A DNA stretch of 63,899 nt, counting the filler, from Neophaeotheca triangularis (taxonomy: Eukaryota), in NCBI GenBank assembly GCA_054600435.1. It is 4 parts of 4 records of this genome, joined end to end, with 100 filler letters (N's around TTAATTAATTAA, not from the genome) between each part and the next. Parts side by side here need not be neighbours in the genome. Positions count along the whole stretch, not along the records: positions 1 to 27,162 come from BAAIJX010000111.1; 3 more parts are not named here. The stretch is one strand, 5' to 3'. The translations under genes and the position numbers were made by a program. The notes below the pieces were generated by a model that was not told where the DNA came from, made no database searches, and saw nothing but the letters and a program-made list of their open reading frames with translations. Positions 9,665 to 23,193 of the stretch are shown here, one piece after another; the stretch's first letter is position 1; the number at the start of each line of letters is the position of its first letter.

Positions 9665-11789
9665 ATGGATCACTCAACAGCAATCCTGGAGCGTGTTGGT
9701 GACGCCATTGAGGCGGGTGCCAAGGAAGCAACAGAACAGATGGATCGCACAGGCGACCAGACCGAAACTGCGGCAAACAACGACAGCGACACTCGCCAGG
9801 GCAGCGACAGGGCGGACGACGGCAAGCGTGGCAAACGCAAGAGGGACTTCCCAGACCACAGTATCCGACAGGGAGGACGTGGTCGCAATGACAACAAGCG
9901 ACATAAGAAAGGCGATATGGGTCGAAGGGAATATTTGTACGCTGCCCTCACCAATTCAACCTCAACTATACCTGCAAACTAACTCTGACTGAAGCCGCGA
10001 TCAACCAGACAAGCGCGACAAGGAAGGGCAAGGACGCGAGCGACAGTCGCGTAACAATGAAAAGGCCAATTACGCCACCCACTTCTCGCAGGAGGAGATA
10101 GCGGCCGAAGAGCGCAAGCCGAAGCGTAAAGTCGCCGTCATGATCGGCTACAGTGGGACTGGCTACAAGGGTATGCAAATCACGCCAACCGAGAAGACGA
10201 TCGAGGGTGACCTCTTTATGGCTTTTGTCAAGGCGGGAGCTATCAGCAAGGCCAACGCCGATGATCCAAAGAAGGCCAGTCTGGTGCGCTGCGCGAGAAC
10301 CGACAAAGGTGTGCATGCCGCTGGTAACATGATCAGCTTGAAGCTTATTGTGGAAGACGACGATGTTGTGGAGAAGATCAACAGCCACCTTTCTCCGCAG
10401 ATAAGAGTTTGGGGGATTGAGAGGACGATTGGAAGTTTCTCGTGCTATCAGGCTTGCGATAGTCGATGGTATGAGTATCTGATTCCTTCGCACGCCTTTC
10501 TGCCGCCTCATCCCAGTAGCTGGTTGGCGAAGAAGCTGGAAGAGCTTGCGGATGAGGCAGGTGACCGCGAGGGGTTCGAGAGCAGGCAGCAGGAGGTCAA
10601 GGGGTTTTGGGAAACCGTTGACGATGGGGAGGTGAAGAAGATCATCCAAGGGCTGGATGAGGATATCAGGTTCGATGTTATCAAGGCATTGCAAGGCGAG
10701 GAGGAAGCCAGTGCGAAGTCAGCCAAGGCTGATGCTGATATCGAGCAGCCAGTCAAAGGAGGGGCATCTATTGCAAACCAGGGCAAGGAAGAGGGAGAAG
10801 ACCAAGAGAAGACTGCAGATGCTGCTATCGTCGTCAACGAGCCCGCGGGTAAGGACAAGAAGGAACAGGCGCACGAGCACGAAAAAGATGCTTCCACCTC
10901 CGGCGCAGACGCTGCCGTAGCACCCAGGGAAGAGACGGCCGCTGAAGTGTCTGCTCAAGTCGATGCGGTCGAAGAGAAGAACGAAGCAACCGGGACAAAG
11001 ACCGACAAGCCTGCATCCGAGATATCACCAACTGAGCGCGAGCGTCTTCAGCGCCTACGCGCCGCAACAAAAGAGCTTCGAGCAGCCTACAACACAGCGA
11101 AGCGCCAGTACCGCATCCCATCCGAGCGCATCGAACGCATTCAGGCGGCGCTCAACAAGTACAAAGGCACGCGCAACTACCACAACTACACGATCCAAAA
11201 GACTTTCGCAGACCCCTCGAGTAAACGAAACATCAAATCCTTTGTCGTCAATCCCAAACCCATTCTGATAGGCGACGACAACGTCCCCGACAGTGAGAAA
11301 AGCGAATGGCTCTCCCTCAAAGTCCATGGGCAGAGCTTCATGATGCACCAGATCCGCAAAATGGTCGGCATGATCTCGCTCCTTGTGCGCTGCGGCAGCG
11401 ACATTGACAAAACTATGGATCAGTCTTTCACCGAAGCTCGATTTTCGATCCCCAAGGTTCCCGGTCTGGGCCTGTTACTTGAAAGACCAGTCTTTGATAG
11501 CTACAACAAGTTCCAAGCCGAAAAGCACGATCGGGCCAAGCTGAATTTTGGCAAGTACGAGGAGGAGCTCGAGGCTTTCAAACAGCGGGAGATCTACGCG
11601 AGGATCTTCCGTGAGGAGGAGCAGGGTGGTGAGTTTGGGCGATTTTTCAATCATATCGATCACTTTAGAGAGAAGTGGTTTCTGTGGGTTAGTTCTAAAG
11701 GGGTTGAGGCTACGAAAGGAGAGGGCTCGGGTGAGGGCAAGATGGTTGAGGAGAGTGAGGGCGAGGCTGGGAGTGGAAGGGAAGATTAA
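9665..11789 (+). CDS. PUS1: tRNA pseudouridine synthase (TruA family); intron 9937-9994
   Basis: KRKVAVMIGYSGTGYKGMQ, CARTDKGVHA (catalytic Asp) and GQSFMMHQIRKMVG. The intron joins ORF 9665 in frame to ORF 10140. Confidence 0.92.
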
Positions 11790-14700
11790 GCGCCCGTCTT
11801 GCTGGGTGCGACTGCGCGCCTGCTTTCGTTCATAACGAACCTCGAGACTTGCCGGTATGCTAGGAGGCAGGCCTTGGCACTGGCAGAGAGAAGTGCTTGT
11901 GTACCGTCTCAAAAGAAGTAAAGCTTCTTCGGTTGGTCGCTCGGAGGAACGGTAGAGCGGAAACCCTGTTGCTTTTGACAGTTTGACAGATTTGTTAGAG
12001 CACACGTCGAAGGTGATCATTGATCGTCTCCTTGGATGCAGGCAGTAGTAGTACTTTCCCATCGCGCGTACCAAAAGATGACATGCTGACGGAACTTTGC
12101 GAAGCGCTGTAGATCCTGTGGACCAACGCATAACAAACCTACAGCAAAAACCTGATTGATATAGTAACTGCTCCGGACAAGATAGCCGGTGCCCCTGACA
12201 AGGCGGCTAGAGCAACTTTGAACACTTCCGAATTTCCGACCACGTAAAGGTGCGAAAAAGGTTGGCTCTGTTATTGCGCTTTTTCCACGGACCGCAACTG
12301 CCGTGCCCCTCCACAAGGAAAAGATACCTGCACCGAAGAACTCACTCGGCAGACGCCCCTCCGCCCCCCCGAAAGAAACCCATGTGCCGCTCATCAACCC
12401 AAACAAATCCTCGTGACAATTTTCGCCCATAACGTACATCTCAAAAGCAGCAATGATGACAGGGATACCGCGACTCGCTCGACTGAGATCAGAGAGCAGT
12501 TACTACGTTACCACCTTACGTTTAGGTAAGCCAAGAGAGCTCCTTTAGCTTATTACCTAGGTATTGACTTGCGAAGCTTCGTCACAGTCAATAATAGGTG
12601 ATCACTCCTGATCGCGTGCCCTGTGGGTAGTGTGCGCCGCCAGATGCCGAAGGCGACATCTTGGCTGCTACTACCACTACTGTATACTTACACTACCTAG
12701 GTAGTAGTCACACCGCCCGCGTGCGGGACTGCATTGTGGGACTTTTCTATTGAGTGAAGTGGAGATCTACAAAGGCAACGGCAGTAGTTAGTCATCAGGC
12801 ACGTGCCGGGATGGGGACGCTTTCGGGGCCACAGGCCCGAGTGTGGACTGAAAGTTTCTGCGCTGGGCTTTGCGGTATAAGGTTTGCGCCGGAAGCGTGG
12901 GTCGCATGCGTGGAAGAAGCGTGTTGATCGTCATTATTTTCCCGTGCGTCTGGACTCTGGAAGACTAGGTAGGTAGGTACAGCGTCTATGATTTTTATGC
13001 GCCGCAGTGGTGCGCTGCGGGTCTCAAGGACTCATTGTTGTTACTCACGTGTGATGCTGGCGTGCAGGCAGTCACAGCTGCCGTCCCGTATGGTATGTAG
13101 TGGTATAACACCTCTAGACGTACGTCCCGCTTCGCACGCGTAGTGTTCTATCGTCTCTACCCAACCTTTTATCTTTCACGTATACACTAGAGCCAGAAGA
13201 CTTCTGATACTACGACCGTAAATTGACTGGAAATGTCATTTTCCGTCCTAGGTAGAGGCCCACTTTGACACAAAACGACGACCAAGTTCTGTCGACCTGC
13301 TAGTCGTGTGATCGGCCTGCCCTTGTCGGCTTGCGTAACGGTCTTGTGGTGTTAACAGTGCCACTGACAGGGTCTACCAGGTACTCGGTCTGCGAAACGC
13401 AATAGATGGGCTGTCGTGTTATTGCTATTCGATAGCGGTGTGACGATCCGTTGTGACCGTTGTAATCTCAGCTAGCTAGCTGTCCCTTAATAACAAGCGC
13501 TAGTGTCGTGGTCTGGCGTCTATGGCCTCCTCGTCGTGGCCCACTTGGCGTTTGTTGTTCGTCCGCTGGGCCCTCGTTCCGCTAGTGACGCTAGGTGAGA
13601 CTGACGCTTCAACGTCCTGGTTTTCGTACCTGTTGCTGGGGGTTCATCCTTGTAGACCACGCGTGTGGGGAAGGCCGGAGGATAGGCGATAGCCATTATT
13701 GTCGGGCGGTACGTCCATAGGTACGAGGGCGTATGGCGTGTGGCTGAGTGACAAGCTGACTTGTCGTCGCCGGCACGGAGCATTCTAAGGTAAATTAACA
13801 TGTCCAAATCTGAGGAGCCCGAGGCTTGGGTAGTTGTGGAACGAATCGTAGCAGTCGAGCATAAGGGCGAGCAGCGCCATTATTGTCTTTCTGCCAGTTG
13901 AGCTCAACAGGTGACGTTTCGTGCTGCCATTTAGTGAGTTAAGCCACGTTACCTAGGGAAGATCACTTAAAATCTTCGATGCCCACGTCGCAAGCGTTCG
14001 GTGCCTGCAGTAGTGCTCATAAGGCGGTCCCAGTTGGCTTATGTATGGTGTATCTAATTTGGCTCAAGAATAATAACTGTAGTCGTCAAGTGGACAGGAG
14101 AAGACGAAATGTTGTAGCGAGGCTGCGAGTTGCAACTGTAATGGCCGCTAGTCTTTCAGCCTGCTGTAGAGCCAGTAGTAGCTGCTGTTGTTAGATACGC
14201 GGTCATTGATCAACTGAAGTCGAGTCGATCGATGTTCCTGCCCAGAAACTATCAGCGAAGTGCCGTCACGCACTCGCCTAGAGACCTCAGTTTGATCGAC
14301 AATCTTAATTTGGACAGTATCTCGAGAGTGTCCGTTCAAATGACTAGGTTATCAACTTGCAATCAATTGGAAACTCATGTTTAGCAGAGCGAATGAGAAG
14401 GTACAAACTCGAGGATCGACGTTTTCTCCAGGTGTTTAGGGATAAGCGAGACTGCCCATGCCATGGACACGGAAAATGTGTGTTCCAGACGAGCGGCTTT
14501 AGATACAAGCATCGCACGCGAGCTCAGAATTAGATAGCCGATGTGATGTGAGTTTTTCTGTCGCTAGGCTGTTGCCATAATCCGCCGTTGTCGGATAGCG
14601 AGCTTGCTGCCTCTATACGTCCGTGAACACGACGAGCACTGGACTTTTCAACATACCCCTCGGAACGTGACAAAGTCGAGTCGTTCATCCTACAGTGCCG

Positions 14701-16556
14701 GCATAGCGGACCAGTCGACAATGGCTGGTATCTATCATAGATAATCGGCAATTTCTCAACCAGAGGACAACGTCTATTCATCAGCCATTAATAATAATAT
14801 CGGAACCGTTACAACCAAGAAGTCAAACATTCTTGCCACGTGCCTACAGGCAAGGACGGACTGCTCTACTAGGTGAGAAGACCGAGGTCCCGGAGAAGAT
14901 ACCCACCCATGTCGCTCTCCACTAATAACTAGTACTATACAAGCCATGCCATCAAGGCTCGGTTCATCGGGCCTGGTAGACAAGACGTTGGAAGCGAAAT
15001 CGAGCTGGGATGCATTATTTAATTTCCTGGTTCGCTGAATCTAATGCCGGCATACACGCGGCAGAGGGGACAGACTCTACAGAGCTCTCAGGTACTACCT
15101 CCTACTACTACTGTGAACAAAAAGCTATCCATGCAGTCGATGGCGGAGATGCTTCAGATGACACGGCATCGCGTTAGCAATCATGTCAGCATATCCAGGT
15201 CAGTCACGTGGGGTTCACAGCCTGTCCTGAAGCATTAGATGAGGTACTATGTATCTTGATGATGTTTTTGTGTGTTATAATTGCCCTGGCCCTGACGACC
15301 TCGGCACTCAAGAAGAACGGTGACGGTTAAGGTGACGGGACGAGACGAGACGGACGTCACCTCAAGCTGCCATGTGCGCCAAGGCTTTAGTCCACCCTTG
15401 TGCCCGGGCTACGGTAGAGCTTCGGATATTGGCGCAAGTCGAGAACACCCGACATCCATACACCGACAATAGCAAACCGAGACAAGTCTGAGGTGGCCTC
15501 TAATTTACCTTCGGTGTAAGAGAAGTGAGACGCTTGTCAACCTATTCATCTATTCGAAAAGGCATCTTTCCCTCCCTCGAAACGCCCGGACTGGCTGGCA
15601 TACGTGTCATTGCTAGTATTCTCTCGAGAGACAGACAGTGGACACCTCCACAGGCTGGAGCATGGAAAATCCCGACAGTCGGCACTTCTCAATCCAGCGA
15701 ATGCACCGAATAGCCACCAGAATCATCGTGCAGATGCAGGCCGTCGACCTTGCTACTACTACATGCCCCTGACTCTGCTGCGTCCGTAGTAGTGACTAGT
15801 GAGCCGCGTGGAAGCCCCCTTCCACATTAACATTGCGCTTTAGCCGGTTCCAGTATAATCGCCTTGGATCTCTTGGGTCAAAGACTCAACATGCTCGCTC
15901 CGGCTCGTCTGCTCATGGGAGTCGCACGTGCATCATCGCGACTCCCGGTGCCAGAGTGCAGCACGCTGCACGCATTCGCCTACGGCCTCTAGAGGTAGGG
16001 CATGGCGCTCGCACGATACCATCAACGTAGCTGAGGACAAATTCTTTGCAGCCTTCCAAGGACAAGCTGTACGCTGAAGTGCACTTCGGTCTGCGGCCTT
16101 GATTCTTCCCAGGGTGGCTGGAATAATGCCCGAAATTACCGGTCTTTGGACGATCAGCACTCCTCCACTTCCTGCTTCACCCGGAGGTGTAGATCCTTCC
16201 GCCAACGCAGGGGAATCCAAGGTAACCGCGATGCTTGAGCTACGCGCGACTGCCAAGATACACCTGTGCAAGTTCCACACTGGCTATATACATGACTCCA
16301 GCCTACCTTAGGTACAGTAATAGCTCCAACGGTTACGCTCGACAAACTAGCCCGAAATCCCCTTGCCCCCACGATCAACAGAGTTTGAGTTTTCTTTTAC
16401 ACTTCGCAGCGCGCGCCTTGCCCGTGCTCCAACGGAAGGTTCAACCTGGCATACTGTCGCATCACTACCACGCCCCTACCTCCTAGGACTAAGAAAATAT
16501 AGTTTGCTAGTTGAAACTGGCTTTGCGATTCATGCAGCCCAGCATCCTCCTTCTCT

Positions 16557-19500
16557 ATGCCGACTGACAACCTTTTCCTCCCCCTTCGCAGGACCCCGTT
16601 AGCTGATGCGTCGCGCGGAGTGAATAAACATTATGCCCAACAGCAAGTTGACAATCTAATCGCAGCTGGTTTACTTGGACCAGGAGCGCAAGCAAACGAC
16701 AGATCCAGGACCAATAATAATAAGGCTGAATATCGTCCGAAAGGCGATAGCAAATTCTCCAGTTTGTCCCACCTATTTACTCTTTCAAAGTTTCGCTACT
16801 TGCCGGCTAGGTCAGATTAGCTCGAGACATATTGCTAACGAATGTACGCCTTGTCGCAGATCCTAAGACTGAACATCATCTGTTTCGCAAGTCAAACAGG
16901 GACCGCGAACCCTCAAGCAGTGGACAGCATCGTCGCAACAATACTGACAACTGGCCGCCCGCACCGAGAGGAGGGTCATCTTTGGCAGAACTCAGGGAAC
17001 GTCGCAACAGCATGATGGCCGCCAAAGGACGCGAATCACGGAGGGAGCGAACGTTCATAGGAAGCTCCTGCGCTGCTTGCGAAGAGCCTCTGGAACACAC
17101 GCTCAGGGGGGAGAGAATACTCCAGCTTTCCTGTGGTCATGTATCGCACGAGGCCTGCTTTTACGAATACATCAAGGAATTCGAAGCGCAAAGCTGTCCA
17201 ACGTGCAATCAGCCGCTGGGGCTCGATACCAGCAGGGGAGGCGGCATCGACTTTGACAACCTTAATCGACTCGTCCGACAAGCCCAAACACAGACGCCAG
17301 ACATCAAAGAGCAACAACGAGATACTCAGGCTACACCTACACCTTGGGATCACAATGCCATTCACGATCGCCAGCCAACGTCACCCATGAGCCACAGACA
17401 GCGCAGTCAGTCAAGGCGAGATCACCTCCTTCCGAACAACGTCCGCAACAGCGAGCAGAGGTATCCCGGTTATGCGTCAACCCACACCAGGAACGCAAGT
17501 GGGGACACAGGTGTCGTTTCGACAAACGATTACGCAGACCAGCATCATGGTACAGGACGAAGGCACGATTACGATGTGCAGTCCATGGAAACGAGTTTGA
17601 TGAGCCCTCGAACAACAGCAAAGAACCCAATACCAGCGCCGCTAGTGACAGTCAGGAGCGAGTTTCCCACTTTGAGCAAGTCGAAACAACAACAGAGTTT
17701 GACTTGTTTGATTACGGTGGAAGTCGTGGATGGGAACTGGCATCCGAACCAGGATGACATCCGGAGTCCCCCGCCCGTACCGTCTTCTGCTTCCGACGCC
17801 CAATATGAACAGCCCAAAGTTCATCGACCGCAAACATCGCGACAGCCGGTGGATAGCGTCCACGAAGGGCAGGAAATGGAAGAACTTGAAGAAGCGAGGG
17901 AAGAGCTGTTCAAGAAGGTAGAGAACTGGCATGGATTGGACTTTCAGAGATTTGGTAAACTCATATTACATGGCACCGTCAGGGTTGGCAAGGACAGGCA
18001 ATCGTGGCAGGAGCTTGAGTGTTACCTTTTCTCCGAGATGCTGATATGCGTCAAGGAAAAGAAGACGCAGAATGCCGCAAGTCAGCAATGGGATGGGTCT
18101 ATCGCCTCGAAAACCAAGTCGAGATGCACTCTCAAGGGTTCGATCTTGATCAAGAAGCACTTGAAGCAGGTCGACTACCTTCCTGGTAAGCCCGGCGTCA
18201 CCGTATAAGCTTGGATATCCCATGAGCTAACCAAAGTGTAGAAATGGAGACGCTCACCCTGAGCTTATCCGTCCTTGAGCTCCCGCACTTTCACCTGCAG
18301 TTCCGCGACCACAGCACTCTAGAAACATGGCGGAAAGCGCTCGCCAACATCAACCGGCCACTACCCCCACCAATAAAGCACTCAGCACCCTGGGAACAAG
18401 ATACGTCTGGTACTGATGAAGAGGATTGCGACAACACTACTACAACAACCCGTCGCAGACTTTCTTCTTTGCATTCCTCTTCACATGGCGGAAACCGATC
18501 GCAAGTTACAGCGCCTACAGAATACACCAACCATTCACGGGGAACGGCACACGGCATGCGGCTAACCAACTCTTCCATTCATGTGCCTCTTGACATTGTC
18601 GTGGTTATTCCGGTTTCGTCCTCTATGCAAGGACTCAAGATCAACCTGCTGAAGGATACGCTACGATTCCTCGTCTCTAGCCTTGGCGAGCGCGATCGCA
18701 TGGGGTTGGTGACATTTGGATCTGCTGGAGGAGGGGTGCCCCTAGTCAGCATGACTGGAAAGAATTGGAAGGGTTGGTCGAAAGTCCTGGAATCGATACG
18801 ACCAACTGGCCAGAAGAATATGCGAGCAGACGTAGTCGAGGGCGCAAATGTCGCAATGGACTTGTTGATGCAACGACGATCCGCCAACCCTCTATCGAGC
18901 ATCTTGCTCATCAGTGACTCTGCAACGTCTGATGCCGAGAGCGTCGACTTTGTCGTCTCAAGAGCTGAGGCGGCCAAGATTGGAATTCACTCGTTCGGCC
19001 TTGGATTAACGCACAAACCGGACACCATGGTAGAGCTTTCGTCTCGCACAAAAGCTTGCTATACCTACGTCAAGGACTGGATGATGCTGCGGGAATGTGT
19101 AGCGGGCTGCTTGGGAGCGTTACAAAGCACCTCACATCAAAATGTGAAGCTCAAACTGCGTCTTCCCGAAGGATCTCCCGCGAAATTCGTCAAGATAAGC
19201 GGTGCAATTCAAATCACTAAGCGTGCCACTGGACGCGACGCCGAAGCGTCACTTGGAGACCTGCGCTTCGGCGACAAGCGTGATGTTCTGGTACAACTCG
19301 CCATTGCCCCCGACAACGCGTCCCCGGATCATGTCCCTACCGATCCATGGGAGAATATCATATCAGGTTTAGAGGCTCTCGGGGGACCCCTCGACCAAGA
19401 TGAGATGCGGACAGTTTCTGTCGAAGAGGTGCCTCTAATCCAGGCAGACCTATCCTGGGGCGACATTCTCCGGGAAGGCGCTCATGCCCAGTTACCAAGG

Positions 19501-20166
19501 CCATCCCTACTCGCCATCACCATGCTCCCTGCCTCCAAGAAGGGCGCGCGCCCCGCCTCGCCTCCGATCCCACCTCACCCCTCCGTCGTGCAGAGACGCA
19601 TGGAGCTTTTGACCTCAGACATGCTTTCTCGCGCCCTCACCCTTGTTAGCCGAGGCCAACACGACCGAGCCAACCATCTCCTAGCCGAGACCCGCAGTAT
19701 CCTCAAAGGCCTCGGAAAAGGCGGTCTCCCTCCTCTCCCACCCCCACCCAGCGGTGCGCCCCCGAACAGCGCCCTTCCCCCCACACCCACACCCGGCACC
19801 CCTCGAAACCGATCCCCTGCAGCCTCCACCCACTCCTCCGGCACTAACCGCAATAACTCGCCCCTTCGCCAGGAGAACCGCAGCCCCTTCAACCCCGCCG
19901 CCGGCATCGATACTGAAACAATGACCGCCCTCGACAAAGAGCTCGGCGGCAGCCTGGAATGGATATCTCACCCAGCAGTCTTCAGCCGCGACGCCCGCAA
20001 AGCCGTGCTCCAGGCGATCAACGTCATCAGCTCGCAGCGCGCTTACACCTTCCGCTCGCAAGCCGAATCATTATGGGCGGCGAGGATACCAGGAATCAAG
20101 CGGTTATCAGAGAAGAGTCTAGAGTGGCGCGAGGCGGGAGATGAGAGCCTGATGGAGGAGGCGTAA
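16557..20166 (+). CDS. RING-H2 + PH + von Willebrand A protein (Far1/Ste5-like scaffold architecture); introns about 16762-16859 and 18186-18241; true start uncertain
   Basis: RING CAACEEPL...LSCGHVSHEACF..CPTC; PH-like WQELECYLFSEMLICVKEK; vWA PLDIVVVIPVSSSM...ILLISD. GTAAGC...TAG intron joins the two ORFs in frame. Confidence 0.8.
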
Positions 20167-20792
20167 ACGACACGAAACCGTCGAATCAAACCGGTACGGC
20201 AGCAACAACTCAGGATGGGAGACGAACCACGATTGCTCTGACCCTTTTATCTCTCTATGTGACGACTTGTGACGACTACCTTTCTACTTCTTCACAACCT
20301 CGGGTGACTGTACATGTGTGCAATATCTGATTTCACTTTCTATTCAGCACGGCGAGTGGAGGTTATCTTGAAGCTGAGCCGGCTCTTATACATATTCTGC
20401 GGGATTGGCTTGGGTGTTATGATTGGGTCTAAAGACGCTTGGGACTCTTTTACTCCTTTGATTGTTGGCTTAAAGCAACATTAGGGCATATGGGTGCTAC
20501 TATTTCTCTTCGCGGGAGAAATATGCGCTCATGTCCAGAAAGAGACAGGCTAGGACAATTCCGGTGAATCGAAGAGGGTTGACTGATGGTCAGCCCGCGA
20601 CTGTATGAAGACTTGAATGCGATGGCTATATAAGCTAAAAAACTGCGTTGTTGGCTTTTTAGATACTGCCTGTACTCCATGATATATTATTCGTACGGTT
20701 GTCCATCCACCGAGCAGTTTATTTAAATATGAATTAATGACTGCTTCGTACTGGATGAAATTGCCCCAGGGGGTTTGACTGGAGAAGACTGC

Positions 20793-20799
20793 TGACTCA
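20793..20799. promoter_or_regulatory. Gcn4/CPC-1 response element (TGACTCA) upstream of ILV3
   Basis: Perfect TGACTCA about 135 bp upstream of the ILV3 ATG. Confidence 0.55.
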
Positions 20800-20932
20800 C
20801 CGAACTCTCTCCGAAACCGGCCTTGATCCTTCGTGGCCAATGCGAAGCTCGATATTTCTTGTGACTTGGAGCTCTGCTCTACAAAACCATCCTCGTTCAC
20901 TCCTGCGCATTTCTCCCAACCCGCAGAAGACG

Positions 20933-22822
20933 ATGCTGTCGTCTCGTATGTCCACGAGGGCCTTGCGCCCGTCGTGGTGTCCTAGACCGCAATGGCACGC
21001 AGCGTAAGAAGAGCCGCCCCCAAAGTCATAGGACTTCGCAAACCATCACTGACACGACCACCACGCTTTTAGACGAACCTTCTCGCAGTCCAGCTCTCAG
21101 CAAAAAGCCACCCCCGTCGATGGTGAATGGCGCGACCTCAACAAGACCTCCCGCCACATCACCAAGCCCATCGCCCAAGGAGCCTCGCAAGCCATGCTGC
21201 ACGCCACTGGCCTTTCCCCCAGCGACATGGACAGAGCCCAAGTGGGCATCTCTTCCGTCTGGTACTCGGGAAACCCTTGCAACATGCACCTCATGGACCT
21301 CAACAACAAGGTCAAGGAGGGTGTCGACCAGGCCGGGCTGGTGGGCATGCAGTTCAACACCATCGGTGTCAGTGACGGTATCAGCATGGGCACCAAGGGC
21401 ATGCGGTACAGTCTGCAGAGCCGGGACTTGATTGCCGACAGTATTGAGACGGTCATGGGTGGTCAGTGGTACGATGCGAATATCAGTATTCCTGGGTGCG
21501 ACAAGAATATGCCGGGTGTTATCATGGCGATGGGGAGGGTGAACAGGCCGGCGTTGATGGTGTACGGTGGTACGATTGCCGCGGGCTGTGGTGCGAAGTC
21601 GAGGAACAGCAAGTTGGATATCGTCTCTGCTTTCCAGGCTTATGGGCAGTTTATCTCTGGGCAGATTGATGAGGAGGAGAGGTCTGATATCATTCGCCAT
21701 GCGTGCCCTGGGAGCGGTGCTTGCGGTGGCATGTACACGGCGAACACAATGGCGTCGATTATTGAGATTATGGGTATGAGTTTGCCTGGGTCCTCGACTA
21801 ACCCGGCTGAGAGCAAGGCTAAACAGCTGGAGTGTATTGCTGCGGGTGCTGCGATCAGAAACTTGCTCAAGGAGGACATTCGACCATCGGACATTATCAC
21901 GCGCAAGGCCATTGAGAACGCCATGGTGCTTGTTAACATTACGGGAGGAAGCACAAACGCTGTGTTGCATTTGATTGCAATTGCGCACTCTGTGGGCATT
22001 GACCTTAACATTGACGACTTCCAGGCCGTTTCCGACCGGACACCTTTCCTTGCGGACCTCAAGCCAAGCGGCAAATACGTGTTCGAGGACATGTACCGCA
22101 TCGGTGGCACACCATCACTCATCAAGTTCATGCTCAAGGAAGGCATCATCGACGGCAGCGGCATGACAGTAACAGGTCAGACCCTGGCCAAGAACGTCGA
22201 AAGCGCCCCATCTTTCCCCGAAGACCAGGACATCATCCGCCCCATCTCCAACCCCATCAAGGAAACCGGCCACATCCAGATCCTCCGCGGCAGCCTCGCG
22301 CCTGGCGGCAGTGTGGGCAAAATCACCGGTAAGGAGGGCACAGTCTTCACAGGCAAAGCACGCTGCTTCAACGACGAGGATCTCTTTGTCGAAGCCCTAG
22401 AAGCCGGTACTTTCAAGAAGGGCGAAAAGGTCGTCGTCATCATCCGTTATGAGGGCCCCAAGGGCGGTCCTGGAATGCCGGAAATGCTGAAGCCCTCTTC
22501 CGCACTCATGGGCGCCGGTCTCGGCAACGACGTCGCGCTCGTCACGGACGGCCGCTTCTCTGGCGGTTCTCACGGTTTCCTCATTGGCCACGTGACTCCG
22601 GAAGCGCAAGAGGGCGGGCCTATTGGTCTCGTCCGCGACGGCGACACTATCACTATCGATGCCGATAAGAGAGTCATTGACATTGTTGACCAGAGCGACG
22701 AAGAGCTGCAACGCAGGAAGCTGGAGTTCATGGCTCCGCCGCTCAAATACCAGAAAGGCACGCTCTTCAAGTATGCGAAGAACGTTACCGATGCTAGTCA
22801 TGGGTGTATTACCGATGCGTAG
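20933..22822 (+). CDS. ILV3: Dihydroxy-acid dehydratase, mitochondrial; intron 21004-21072
   Basis: [26 protein letters not shown] and TDGRFSGG motifs. Arg/Ser-rich presequence [14 protein letters not shown] in exon 1. Confidence 0.95.
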
Positions 22823-23193
22823 AGTGGGACGGTGCGTTTTCTTGGGGGTAGGATTGCATGGAGTCGGCGTCTGGGTTGTATGAAAAGCCTCTGCTAGGTG
22901 TGGCCGTTGGTCTTTGAGTGGCTGGCGGACTTGGGTCGTCATGTAGTGTTCTCGATGTACAGTACCATCATCAAGGTGGCATTTCAATCTCGAGAGTCTG
23001 AACCGTGCAAACTTGGCTGTATACGAGAACATAGGTACCTCTTTAAACCTTCACCGCTAGGAGAGATTGCCGATAGGTCGCACTAGTCAGCTCGCCTTCC
23101 CAATCGGGACGAAGCGCGGGTGCATAACTGCCTCCCTCGAACCCCCTCTACTTGACCTCATCCGCAAAACCCCCTTAAAGGCACCACCGCACC

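Noticed and set aside
21026..21988. Long antisense ORFs (here opposite ILV3; also 5661-6443, 34547-35575, 50485-51390, 55244-55981)
   Set aside because: Shadow frames of GC-rich codon-biased genes with no recognisable motifs.
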